Position numbers and translations under genes: made by a program | NCBI GenBank assembly: GCA_027923505.1 | Contig: BROI01000007.1 | Location: 248,001 to 312,000, forward strand | Length of the DNA stretch: 64,000 bases | Reading direction: 5' to 3' | Origin: Mayamaea pseudoterrestris | Lineage: Eukaryota | Shown here: positions 15,001 to 26,302 of the stretch, piece by piece | Numbering within the stretch: the stretch's first letter is position 1 | How the letters are laid out: the number at the start of each line of letters is the position of its first letter | The notes under the pieces: model-generated | Seen by the model: the letters and a program-made list of their open reading frames with translations, nothing else | Told to the model about the DNA's origin: nothing | Database searches by the model: none

Positions 15001-15960
15001 GGGTACGGCCTCCACGGTGGGTATGGCCAACACCACAAGTTGTCGATTCTGACCTGTCAAACGCCCCATGCCCTGGCCACCCAAATACCCAATGAGTCAG
15101 GCCAAACATGTCCAGGGTATGCCATTGACAGGTGCAGAGTCTCAAATGGTGCAAAAAGGACTGCCTGGAGGCTGACACCATGGGTACGGCCTCCACGGTG
15201 GGTATGGCCAACACCACAAGTTGTCGATTCTTACCTGTCAAACGCCCCATGCCCTGCCACCCAAATACCCAATGAGTCAGGCCAAACATGTCCAGGGTAT
15301 GCCATTGACAGGTGCATAGTCTCAAATGGTGCAAAAAGGACTGCCTGGAGGCTGACACCATGGGTACGCCTCCACGGTGGGTATGGCCAACACCACAAGT
15401 TGTCGATTCTGACCTGTCAAACGCCCCATGCCCTGGCCACCCAAATACCCAATGAGTCAGGCCAAACATGTCCAGGGTATGCCATTGACAGGTGCATAGT
15501 CTCAAATGGTGCAAAAAGGACTGCCTGGAGGCTGACACCATGGGTACGCCTCCACGGTGGGTATGGCCAACACCACAAGTTGTCGATTCTGACCTGTCAA
15601 ACGCCCTATGCCCTGGCCACCCAAATACCCAATGAGTCAGGCCAAACATGTCCAGGGTATGCCATTGACAGGTGCAGAGTCTCAAATTGTGCAAAAAGGA
15701 CTGTTTGAGGCTGACACCATGGGTACGGCCTCCACGTGGGTATGGCCAACACTGTGTCGATTCTGACCTGTCAAACGCCCCATGCCCTGGCTACCCAAAT
15801 ACCCAATGAGTCAGGCCAAACATGTCCAGGGTATGCCATTGACAGGTGCAGAGTCTCAAATGGTGCCAAAAGGACTGCGAGGCTGACAACATGGCACGCC
15901 CGTATGGCCAACACACAAGTTGTCGATTCTGAGTCAAACGGTGCCATGGCCACATCAAAT
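1..15960. repeat. Tandem satellite array, 180-181 bp monomer (~88 copies, open at window start)
   Basis: Monomer atgggtacggcctccacggtgggtatggccaacaccacaagttgtcgattctgacctgtcaaacgccccatgccctggccacccaaatacccaatgagtcaggccaaacatgtccagggtatgccattgacaggtgcagagtctcaaatggtgcaaaaaggactgcctggaggctgacacc repeats head-to-tail. It is homogeneous at 1-2700 and ~11600-15700, indel-rich at ~2700-11600, and decays at ~15890-15960. Confidence 0.98.
2182..9723. repeat. Near-identical tandem duplication of a ~3.77 kb block within the satellite (2182-5953 and 5954-9723)
   Basis: Idiosyncratic variants recur at offset 3772/3770, e.g. gacaccgtccctcccactgtgggctatgg at 2701 and 6473, and aaagaagcaggc at ~3399 and ~7169. 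The junction at 5953/5954 jumps mid-monomer. Confidence 0.95.
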
Positions 15961-15975
15961 GTAGGAGGTCGGCTG

Positions 15976-18900
15976 TGGTTTTGGTTTGAGTTACTCACGA
16001 CTACGCTCGAGAGGGGAGAGATGATGTTGCTGTGGATGACAGTTATCCTCGAGCATTAGCTCTTTCCTATCACCCTTTTCTCCAAGAGTCCGCCCGCAAC
16101 CAACTAGAGACAAGCTCCGTCAAAAACAAAAACACTACGACAAACGCAAGAACTCTACTGACGAACGTCAACTTTCCGTCCAATCAAAACGCCGCATTCG
16201 CCAACAGAAATGATTGAAAAGAACGCTCCGTGTCCCACTCATCTATAGCTATCACCGTTCCTATCCAACAAGATTGCGCAGCGACGGCATCTATCGTCAA
16301 AGAGTCCATTGCCCGCGTTTCGAAACCCTTCCAGAAGCCAAGGCTGTGCCCATTGAAGTCATTAAAGGGTACAATGGCTTGTTTACTACTCCCGTCGAGT
16401 CCAAGGAATGCCGATGGATCGACAATCCCATCTCCCAATTTAATTCCCTCATCGAGTACCCCGGCCTCATGGATTACCTTGGCGCGCTCGCTCCACTCAA
16501 GTTCAACAATGTTACCTTTCAAGCAGATGCAACAGTTAATGACTTTGCGTTCTCTCCAAGCAATTCTGCTCGCTCCTCCACGTTCGAAATCATTCACGAC
16601 AGCGGCGTGTCTGCAACCGTCGCCAATCACTTGGATGACTTTGTTCCTGGTACTTATCGCAAGAGCGCCAAGAAGATCATTGCAAAAGGCCTTGCATCTG
16701 GATTGCAAGTAGTCAGCCATGGCATAATTGACTGGACGCTTGATGGCAACGATGGCAAGCCTCTACGAGTCCGTTGTCAAGCTCTCTACATTCCCGACAG
16801 TCCGCGCAAGTTACTGTGCCCGCAACAGTACACTCGATATCACAAGCTACACAATCACGAGGCGAATTTAACGTTTGCTATTAATGGAGAAGGATTCTGG
16901 TACTTTGATCTACACAAACAAGGACGCCCGTCCCTTCTTCACGGCTCGCTCGATCCAGTCACCAACCTACCGACTTCTACCGCAATTGCAACTCAAGATC
17001 GTCCTGAAACCCTTCATGCTGAGTTTAATGCATGTGTAACAGACGCTCGAAACGCCAACTTGTCGCCTGCGCAAAAGCTCCTTCTTCAATGGCATTTCAA
17101 GTGCGGCCACGCCAGCTTCCGCAGCATACAAAACCTCCTTCGCTCTGGACGACTGGCAACAAGCAATGAGATGCGCAAACTCCATAAAGCAGCTGCTTGC
17201 TGTGAGATACCCAAGTGTGCTGCTTGCGAGTTTGGAAAAGCAAAACGTCGTCCCGCGACCGAACCACCAACTAACGCCCGAGCCGACAGATCGCTCAAAC
17301 AAGGAAAGCTTCGCCCAGGACAACAAGTCTCCGTTGATCATTACATTTGCAGTCAAAAGGGATGCCTCTATACGTCTCGCGGCAAAACGTCGACTGACTC
17401 AATGTTTAGCGGTGGCGGCCTCTTTGTCGACCACGCGAGTGGATACGTCTTCGTCGACCATCAAGTTGTTATGAACACTCATGAAACTCTTCGCTCCAAG
17501 TGGAACTTTGAAAAGTTTGCAAGGGATTGCGGCGTTTCAATTGAAAGCTACTTGTCTGATAACGCTGCATGTTTCACCAGTCATGAGTACACTGAGCATC
17601 TCTCCAAGTTCAAGCAGGTGACTGTCTTTGCAGGCGTCGGCGCACATCATCAAAACGGAATAGCAGAACGAAACATTCAAACCATTATGAACATGGCAAG
17701 AATGATGCTTATCCACGCTAACATGCATTGGACTGACGTTGATGATATGTCGCTCTGGCCGATGGCTGTCGACTACGCAGTTTACATCTTCAATCGAATG
17801 CCAAACGTCGCTACCGGTCAAGCTCCCATTGATATCTTTACTGGTACCATCTGGGCAAGTCACAAGTTCCATCATCTCCACGTTTTTGGATCGCCCGCCT
17901 ACGTTCTTGATCCTCGCATGCAAGACGGCAAGTCCATTCCCCGTTGGAAAGTGCGCTCGCGCCGCGGGATCTTTGTCGGTTTCTCAAGCAAGCACTCAGC
18001 TACCGTTCCACTTGTCCTCAATCTGAATACATTAACCATCAGTCCTCAGTATCACGTTACGCATGACGATTGGTTTACTACAGTTGACGCTCTTCCTGAT
18101 TCGCCTCCAAATTTTACGGACGACAGATGGACGAGTCTCTTTGCGACAAGCAAGTACATGTATCCGTTCGATGACGATGATCCCCTTCCTGCTCTCAATC
18201 CTGAGTGGGAGGACAACTTTGATGCCTCCGCTGCTCGCCAAGACGCTATACATGCAGCACAGACTCCTTCTACTGCTCCAGCTTTACCTGCTCCCGCCGC
18301 TCCACCAGCGGTTGCTCCAGTTCCTTCCAATGATTCTCCGCCCGTCACAGGCGCTCCGCCTACGAATCAGAGGGAGACAAGGCCTCCTGAAATTCATTCG
18401 CCTCAAGAAACTACAGAACCACAGCTTCAGAGGGAGCAGAGGGAGCATTTAGATCACATTGATGGCAATCCTTTGCGCTCATCCGCACCAACACCGCGTG
18501 TCGCAGCCGATGTCACAGTCAATCCCAGTCCACCAAACGCATCAAACGAGTCCACGATCCCGACGACAGCTCCCACGCTCGCACAACAACCACAACCACA
18601 AGCAAGTGATCCTCCTTTACGGCGCTCTGCACGTTTACGCGATCATCCTACAGAGCCAGTCATTACTCGAGCTCAGCATCTTCGACATGCTCGCGACGAT
18701 ATGATTGAAACCAATATGCTGTTAGCAGAGCATGCGCACGCGGAATACCCTTACTCAATCGGTTTAACGCAAGTGCTCCTCGCCTCGACGAACGATCCCG
18801 ACACCCTTCGCTACGATGAAGCGATGCGCGCTGATGACTCTGAAGAGTTCAGGAAAGCTGCAGGTATAGAGATCAAGTCGCTCGAAGACCATGGAACATG

Positions 18901-19642
18901 GGTTGTCATACCAAGGACCGAGGTTCCTCAAGGAAAGCAAATCATTCCCGGCACATGGACCTTTCGCCGCAAGCGAACGCCCAGCGGTGAGCTTAAGAAA
19001 CACAAAGCTCGCTTCTGTGTTAGAGGAGACCTACAGAAGGACGTATTCGAAACGTTTGCCCCAGTCGTTCAATGGAGCACCGTTCGTGTCCTCATGGTAT
19101 TCGCCTTGACGTTCGGATACACAACCAAGTGCATTGATTTCACCAACGCTTTCATTCAGGCAGAACTAAAGGATCCAATCTACATTCAATTCCCTCGCGG
19201 CTTTCAACATAAAGACGGTCATCAATCAAGCGATTACTGTTTAAAGTTGCTCAAGTCGTGCTACGGAACGAAGATTGCTCCAAAGCTCTTCTACGAACAC
19301 TTACGCGACCGACTCGTCGAGCTTGGTTTCACTCAAAGCTTCTTCGATCCCTGTCTCTTCTGCCGTAATGGACAAATCATCGCCTGTTACGTTGACGACT
19401 GCATCTGCATCGCCCGTACCGACAAGGAGCTACAGACCATCATTGACGACCTTCGCTCCAAGTTCACGCTCACCGAAGAAGGCGATCTCAGTCAATATCT
19501 TGGCATTGATATAAAGCGCTCTGGCAAGTCTTTCACGCTCACTCAAACGGGTTTGATCGACAGTATCATTCAAGCTACTGGAATGGAGGCTGCTAACGGA
19601 GTCTTCACGCCCGCCAACGACACGCTCGGCAAGAACGCCGAT
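15976..19642 (+). mobile_element. Ty1/copia LTR retrotransposon, family A, internal fragment (PR-IN-partial RT); no LTR, gag or RNase H
   Basis: Matches the reverse complement of ~47583-51257. Similarity starts at tggttttggtttgagtt (15976) and ends at aagaacgccgat (19642). Confidence 0.95.
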
Positions 19643-19684
19643 ACGACATTGAATTACATGTACGACAAGACGATAAGCAGCTAG
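16214..19684 (+). CDS. pol: Copia Pol polyprotein, truncated (protease, integrase, RT N-terminal and central part)
   Basis: 1156 aa ORF. Protease IIHDSGVS; integrase zinc finger WHFKCGH...CAACEFGK; DDE residues VSVDHY, YLSDNA, QNGIAERNI; RT motifs KARFCVRGD, DFTNAF, CYVDD. Domain order PR-IN-RT is copia-type. The last ~14 codons come from flanking DNA. Confidence 0.92.
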   Translation: MKRTLRVPLIYSYHRSYPTRLRSDGIYRQRVHCPRFETLPEAKAVPIEVIKGYNGLFTTPVESKECRWIDNPISQFNSLIEYPGLMDYLGALAPLKFNNVTFQADATVNDFAFSPSNSARSSTFEIIHDSGVSATVANHLDDFVPGTYRKSAKKIIAKGLASGLQVVSHGIIDWTLDGNDGKPLRVRCQALYIPDSPRKLLCPQQYTRYHKLHNHEANLTFAINGEGFWYFDLHKQGRPSLLHGSLDPVTNLPTSTAIATQDRPETLHAEFNACVTDARNANLSPAQKLLLQWHFKCGHASFRSIQNLLRSGRLATSNEMRKLHKAAACCEIPKCAACEFGKAKRRPATEPPTNARADRSLKQGKLRPGQQVSVDHYICSQKGCLYTSRGKTSTDSMFSGGGLFVDHASGYVFVDHQVVMNTHETLRSKWNFEKFARDCGVSIESYLSDNAACFTSHEYTEHLSKFKQVTVFAGVGAHHQNGIAERNIQTIMNMARMMLIHANMHWTDVDDMSLWPMAVDYAVYIFNRMPNVATGQAPIDIFTGTIWASHKFHHLHVFGSPAYVLDPRMQDGKSIPRWKVRSRRGIFVGFSSKHSATVPLVLNLNTLTISPQYHVTHDDWFTTVDALPDSPPNFTDDRWTSLFATSKYMYPFDDDDPLPALNPEWEDNFDASAARQDAIHAAQTPSTAPALPAPAAPPAVAPVPSNDSPPVTGAPPTNQRETRPPEIHSPQETTEPQLQREQREHLDHIDGNPLRSSAPTPRVAADVTVNPSPPNASNESTIPTTAPTLAQQPQPQASDPPLRRSARLRDHPTEPVITRAQHLRHARDDMIETNMLLAEHAHAEYPYSIGLTQVLLASTNDPDTLRYDEAMRADDSEEFRKAAGIEIKSLEDHGTWVVIPRTEVPQGKQIIPGTWTFRRKRTPSGELKKHKARFCVRGDLQKDVFETFAPVVQWSTVRVLMVFALTFGYTTKCIDFTNAFIQAELKDPIYIQFPRGFQHKDGHQSSDYCLKLLKSCYGTKIAPKLFYEHLRDRLVELGFTQSFFDPCLFCRNGQIIACYVDDCICIARTDKELQTIIDDLRSKFTLTEEGDLSQYLGIDIKRSGKSFTLTQTGLIDSIIQATGMEAANGVFTPANDTLGKNADTTLNYMYDKTISS

Positions 19685-20237
19685 TGTTGATACTCTCATA
19701 AAATACTTAAATAATGATTAAGCATATGACTAATAATAAACTTAGATCAGCTGCTTGAATTCTTCCTCCATTGCTGCTGCTGTCGTCGTATAAATGAGTT
19801 GCCTTGGTGTCGGTGAGGCGCGAGGCTCTTGCTTACCGACTCGCCCATCTCTTACGTTTGACAAGCGCTTTCTTCAGGCACACTGCATACAGCCTTTATT
19901 AGAAACTCAGCAACGAATGAGATGGTATAAAGGATGAATGGGGCAAAAGCATGGAAAACTTGCCGCGCAGCTCGAACCGTTCCATCAAACTTGCAGCGGG
20001 TCCATTTTACTCAAAATAGGTCCTTTTCATTTAACTTTACTTGGATACAGACCCGACATAAGTAAAGAAGATTCGTGTTTAAGTAGGATTAAGATTGGAT
20101 ACTATGTTCAGCGTTGCGACGGGATCACACCATCATGGTGAGCGTGTGGTTACGAAGCGGGAGTTGCTATGTCGCATGCGACACAAAATTTGCGCGCAAA
20201 AATGATTCGTGTCGTGCAGGAACGTATTTTCACGATG

Positions 20238-20290
20238 AATTCACGCGCAAATTTGCGTGTGACGTGGCCACGCAAATTTGCGCGCGAATT
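20238..20290. repeat. 22-bp inverted repeat (21/22 match) with palindromic arms
   Basis: aattcacgcgcaaatttgcgtg - tgacgtggc - cacgcaaatttgcgcgcgaatt; a third aaatttgcgcgc copy lies at ~20187. Confidence 0.85.
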
Positions 20291-21625
20291 TGATTTGCAG
20301 GAACTCTCTCTTGTCCAGAAAGTAGTGTTGTCGAAGGAGGTGCAGCGAGCGCGCATCGCCGATGGTCCGTTCCAGTGTCCGTTGAATTGAGAATTTAACT
20401 AACTATAAATCGTGAATGTCGCGCGTCTGGCCAGACTACATACATAATATGAGTACGTGTGAATGAAGCATGGCGCGCGCGTTGCGAATTTTCTCTGGCG
20501 CGCCATGATTGACGACCATGGAGGAAGAAACCGGACTTCGTGATGATATTAGCGCTACGGCAGCCGCAAGAAATTGAAGTGAACAGTGTGACGCTCAACG
20601 CTCAGTGACAGCCTGGTATGCCGATTGTGGACGACGACACTCACTCTCACTCGCACCAATTGTATATTCATGGTGGTCGTTGCTCTTGCGCTACGTAGCT
20701 TGTATCAGCAGTATCAAGACGATCAGGACGAGAGTCGTAGCAACGCTGCGGTACAGCAAGTGGCAACCATAGCGCTTCTACAAGAACAAGCTCCGTTGTC
20801 TTTGCCGTCACGGTTGCATTCACTTGTCAAAGAAGGAAGGGTCCTCGCATGTCATGGAGCAAGCGAGCAAGCAATGTCATGCTCTTCTCTCCCGACAATC
20901 AATGGATCAGCAGGAAGTGTATATTCAAGCGAATTGCGTCATAAAGGGAGTCATACGCCGCCTGGCAAAACCATGAAACTTTGCAAGGGAATCATTTTGC
21001 TACGGAACAATCGACGCTTGTGCTTACGAATGTTTCTTAACAGTCCGTCAAGGAGGACTGGATGAAGATGGAACACAAGACTTACAAGGAGGAGTGGCTG
21101 GTCCCTGCGTTTCCTATCCTGCCAGTATCGCAGCAGCGGAACAATGTATCTGGAATCTGGAAAGGGCTGCAGCCTGCGTCATTACCCATGTCGCAAACAA
21201 ACACAAACAGCAAATTTGGCTTGACTATCTATAAATTCCCAGTTGAAGTTTATGTCAGGGATGTCAAGTGTCAAAGTCGGATCGGATGCATATTTGGCTG
21301 GAGTAAGACCAGGCTATATGTTGGTTTCGTTCAACAACATTCAATTCTTGGGAGAGCCGAGTGCACGAGCGCTGGCACGATTGTGGCAGTAAGAAGGTCA
21401 TTTTACAGCGTAGTCGCGAGATCTTACCGGTGGAGCTTTTTAAACAAAGGGCTCAGGTAGCGACGTTATATCGACTGCTGGGTCCAACGGCGAGCATCCT
21501 TCGGGCAATCTACGACTAATGGGAACGGTGCATCCACCAACTTCAGTCAGCATGACGTTTTTTCACATTGGCACGCTCCTGCCGCACGCGTTCCTGTTGG
21601 TATCGCGCCCGCCATTCGGTGTAGC

Positions 21626-24600
21626 TTGGGTTTCTGCGTCAATGTGCCATTGATCAGGCGAGTTGATGGACAACGCGCCAAGAATGCTGGGATTCAACCA
21701 GGGAGCGTCCTTGCGACTGTTGTGACTACCAACACTGACGACAACAATACAACATCAACGACAAGAACTAGCTTATGGTTAGCTGATCACGTGGAAATGG
21801 CGGAGGCGCTTTCTCGAGCAGCAACAGTTACAAACGCGAGCATTCTGGTTTATGTTGCTACACTCCAATGTCATCGCGAACCTCAATTGTTGACGCATCC
21901 AATGATTAATGCGCTGGCGTTGGCAACGAGAACGACACAGAATTCGGTGCAATCAGCCCCTCAGGTAAAACAACAATCATCCGTGAGGAACGGATTTAAT
22001 GGCACGAAAAGCAAGAGCAACTGCTGGCGTTAATGTCTTATGATGGTGTTAACGTCAGATTTCATTCGTCAAACTTAAATCTTTGTGCTTCTCGCATGCT
22101 TCATCCGTTCGATACTAAGTGTGACGAGGCGTGTTTTCTATGAGGACAAGGTTGAATCGTTGTTACGAAATGGCCGCGTTGGTAGCTGCAGGGCTGGGAG
22201 AAGGACCAGGAGGCGTGCAGAAACACCCCGTCAGTTTAATGTGTCTAATAGTTTAACGACCGAGAAGACGTCTCAGGCAACAGCCTTTGCACATTGTCCG
22301 GTGTTGAGCGGAGCGAAACCTTTTGCAAGCCTGGAGTCCACTCGAGGCATTGCTGTACTGCTTGCAACTGTCGCTTGCAAATTTTGATGAGAAGCAATTG
22401 TAATTGATCATGGCAGAACAGCTTAAAGAGTCAACGTTGACTGTCGCAAATTTGATGAACCAGGCGACTGCCAGTCACTTAGTCGGAACTTTCCTGCTGC
22501 AATTGATTGGAATCATATGCGCGCCTCCCGTCGAGTCGAATATTGAAAAAGTGGGTGACGATGAAAAGAAAATCGAATTTGGCATGACGGGTGACATCAG
22601 GGGAAGCAAGACTGCACGGTCTGACGAAGCGGTGGCTCAGGAATTGACTTCCATACTGCCCCGACTCGCTCGCAACGACCAAGAATTTTGCCGAAAGCTT
22701 TACTTATTGTTGCGGTGGTACATATCGACTCTGGAGACCCCACGGCCCTACCGGGAAGGCTCGCGCAACTTGATCGCATTGCTGAATGTTTGGAACATTT
22801 GCGGTTTGCTGAAAGTGAGCTTGCCAAACGAATTGACGAGGGTGCGGCATCGATGAGTGCGCCTCCGCGCATGCTAGCTCGATCAAACCCATCGATTACG
22901 GTTGACAGCAGTGATTTGCTCGACCTTTGCAGCAGGAATACCCGCGTCTCGCAACAAACAATCTCAGCTGCGGATCTATCTTCGACGTCCTTTAGCAAGA
23001 AAGGAATGTCTTCTCGCTTTTGAGCAAGGAAGGGGAACAAGGAAGTGCATAGATCTTTGACATCAGTAGAGACGCCGTATTCGATGCAACGCAGGCATTG
23101 AACTTCTCGGCGCCGTCGCCTTCGCCGTCCAAAGGAATTCAGTCAATTCAACAGGCTGCTGATGAGACTGGTTCACAAATTTCATGCAATTCGCAACGTG
23201 CTCTTTCACCTCGGCAATACGATTTGATTCAAAGTCCATCTGCTACTTACGATAACATGTCCGACTTTCTTGGCACGCTTGAGCGCATTCGTCAGACTAT
23301 TAAGCGGTCATTGCAAAAGTCTTTTTGTCAGAAAATGGCCGACTGGGCCATGCAATTATGGTCATCTAGCAAGGATAAGGCGCTGGCGCAAGTCACGGAG
23401 CTGATGAGAAACTCGTTGAAAGCTACTAATGAAACAGAATCGGCATCGATGGTAGTTGTCAATCCAGTAAATTCTTCGGTACTTTCGTCGGTTGATTATG
23501 ATGAATCCAAGCGCGCACTTTTCCATTCTCTTGACGGTAATGTCAGCGAGCGACGAAGTGCTGATCATTTGACGGGAGAAGAGTGATTGTATAGAATAAA
23601 GGTGAATTTGGTGGCACTTGAGGGTCGCAACCTGTCGCGCGATCACTCTTATATAATAAACGGCGCCGTCGCTGGTACCGTATTGGAATCTGGATACAGC
23701 AAAAGACTCACTGCTGATGGAAAGCAGCAAGTCTGGAAGGAAAACAAGCTAATTTTTTAATCGCATTCGTCGTGGGGCGTGCCGCAAACATTGTCGCTCC
23801 GACTGTCGTCAAGGGCCTGCAGCGAGAATGGAATAATCTCGGAGGAGGAAAATTGAGTGCACTTTCGGCTGGCTCGGCAGGTAAAAGGTACTTTAGATCA
23901 CGATATGTCGTTTGCTGTTTGCACAGCTGACATTTGGCCCGTCGGACCAAGCATGTGTTCTTTCGACGAAAATGGCTACTTAAACGACGACGACGACATG
24001 CCCCATGCAGATCATTTTGATCTTGAAATAAAAGTCACGACGGAGCGCATTGTATCTGGAGATGAATTTGTCAAGTGTAAAAGCCACGACAAGCAAACAC
24101 ATGCTCCTTTATAAGCATGACGATGATCTGTGGCAGGAAGCTTTTGCGACGCAGTTTGTTACAGTCTGCGGTTCTATGCTTCGAGCGTCGGGTCTCGACA
24201 TGAAGCTCTTGTCTTTTCAATGTGTACCCGTTGGTACGCGGCGTGGTTTTGTTGAACGGGTTCCTGGCAGCGTACCACTCAGCGAAATATGTCACCCCAT
24301 GGTTGGATCGTCTTGTCTTGGAAAGAACGAATGGCCGGATGTTTTAGATATGAAGTTTCCCTCCATGTTGAGCAAGGGTGGTGTGGCAAAGTACGAGTCG
24401 CTTCGACGACTTGGTGGTCAGCAAAATGGGACGTTTCGTCGACTGTCTGGGCGGCAACATGGCGGTGATGCTGGTTCTTTTTCGAACATCCCGGATCAAG
24501 ACTACCTTCGCAGCGACGCCTATGATGACAAGGCACCATATATGATTCGCAAGGATGTCATTTTACATACATAAAGAGCGTCGCAGGCAACAATATCATT

Positions 24601-25061
24601 ATCTACGTCCTTGGCGTGGGCGATCGTCACTTGGACAACTTGTTGTTGCATCAAGTGGCGCGTTTTTCCATTGTGACTATTACTTTATTCTCGGCAGCGA
24701 TCCGAAGACTTACTTGCCTGTCCGAGTGACGCAAGAGATGGTGCATGGCATGGGTGGCTCAGAGAGCGACAATTATGTTCGCTTTCTCTCGACTGTGGGA
24801 GCTGCGTTTCTGGTGTTGCGCCGTCCCGAGAATGTCCGTGCACTGTTGTCCTTGGTGCGTTTGATGGAATCTTCCTGTGTTCCCGACATTTCTGAAAATC
24901 AGTCGATTGATGTAGCCGTGTTGGGACTACGTGATCGCCTGAAACTTGACCTGGTGGATCAGGAAGCTGTGGCATATATCGAAGAACTTGTAGACGCGAG
25001 CCATAGTTCAACGATGTGGAAGGCTGTTGATGTGATGCATAGCTTGGGAAAACAGTTTTAA
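21626..25061 (+). pseudogene. Phosphatidylinositol 3-kinase (Vps34/class III-like), disrupted by stops and frameshifts; 5' boundary uncertain
   Basis: Kinase motifs are split over three frames: LYKHDDDLWQE...GFVERVPGSVPLSEI (24050-24574), [28 protein letters not shown] (~24570-24655) and [18 protein letters not shown] (to 25061). Upstream ORF pieces 21626, 22404, 22688, 23098 and 23857 are separated by TGA/TAA codons or frameshifts; their membership in this gene is inferred. Confidence 0.8.
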
Positions 25062-25225
25062 TTCGTTGATGCATCATGATAATGTAAGGCTACTCGATTA
25101 CTGCTAATATTCATTTTATATAACACAATGCACTGTACTGAACTCTACTGTACTGCAGCGTGCTAAGAGTACTGTACTGTAACTTTGGCTTCAGCAAAGA
25201 CCGATCGGTCTTAACACTGCGCTTG

Positions 25226-26302
25226 TTACACAAGGTCCACAGGAATGCTATCTGGGAGTCCCGTCGATGAGCAGCAACGTCCTGGATATGCCGAATAATC
25301 TGTCGTATGTCGAAGCAGCTGACCCACGACGAGGCATGGACAAATCAACGAGCAGCAAGTGTCTTCGCTTCCTCCTGGACAGCAGTTGGTTTCCTCCGGA
25401 ATGTTATACTTTTGTCGTACATGCGACCGTATGTTCTTTAAGCACATGACTGTGAATCCAAAGTAAATATAGGCCAACAAGTCATCAACTGCGCAAAAGA
25501 AATAGTAAGAGGTTGGCGGTTCGACCCAGTGTTGTGAATCAATATTTGGATCAAGCGTGGCAATTACAATGAGCAATAATGTTCGCGTCATCCAAAACAA
25601 GACTGTCGTTTTCAAAAGCGTTTTAAAAGCAAACGCTGCCTGCGATGCACTAGCAACTTGGCCGGCGTATGATAGTTGCATTCGGGTTGCAACTTGCCCA
25701 GCGCCCGTCAAAACGCAACAACAGATAGAGTTATATATGGAGGCATGAAAGGGACCATGTCTGCACCAACTCCAGAGCGAGTCTCTCCAACGTCCAACTG
25801 GCGGAGAAACGGTGAAACGTCCATTGCAGTCTGTATTGGTGCTGGATTGGGACGCGTTATTGTTCGTGGGCGATGGCGCTGCCGAATCGTTGTTGCCAGC
25901 AGCCGCCAAAGTCTGTAGGAGAATGAAAAAAGAAAGATTACATCAGGCTATACAATACGATGATTCATGGAGGTGTATATTCATTCATGCACTAGTTTCC
26001 AAATCGATCCATTTCCTCAGAGAGAAGATTAGCGTGCGTTTGTTTTCACTGCACCCAAGTCGGCCGCCGCGTGGCAGTGCTGCAAAAGGACCGGCAGCAG
26101 GGACCAAACAGCAACGTCTGTGCTCGAAATCTCTGAACAAGTTCTTCCTTGTCATCATTGGAAGCTCTAAAACGTCTTGGTGAATTTGCATCTAAGCTTG
26201 CCAGTTGACCGACTACCGACTCACCAGTGGCTCCATTTCCTGCATCTCAACGTCAGCAGCAAAGGAAGAAGCAGAGACTTGAGATCGACGTCTACCAAAC
26301 AT
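25226..26302 (-). CDS. PLAC8 family (Cys-rich, plant cadmium resistance-like) membrane protein; main exon 25226-~25912, upstream exons tentative
   Basis: GRWRDSLWSWC...SICCC, hydrophobic helices, and IRSHVRQKYNIPE...EDTCCSLICPCLVVGQLLRHT. There is a tcctacag acceptor at ~25913 and a candidate first exon MFGRRRSQ... starting at 26302, followed by a GTGAGT donor. Confidence 0.82.

Noticed and set aside
1..15960. Hundreds of short ORFs in satellite 1, up to 372 aa
   Set aside because: The 181-bp monomer shifts frame each unit, indels are frequent and frame-blind, and no protein motif is recognisable.
1..15960. 5S rRNA, tRNA, CRISPR or HDV-like ribozyme identity for the 181-bp unit
   Set aside because: Only ggccatacc resembles the 5S start, and cctccacggtgg loosely resembles an HDV L3 loop without the P1/P1.1 partners. 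There is no cloverleaf, no unique spacers and no cas genes.
16184..19699. Antisense and alternate-frame ORFs over the copia pol genes (also 47000-56600)
   Set aside because: Shadow ORFs of the long pol and gag frames, with no independent coding signal.
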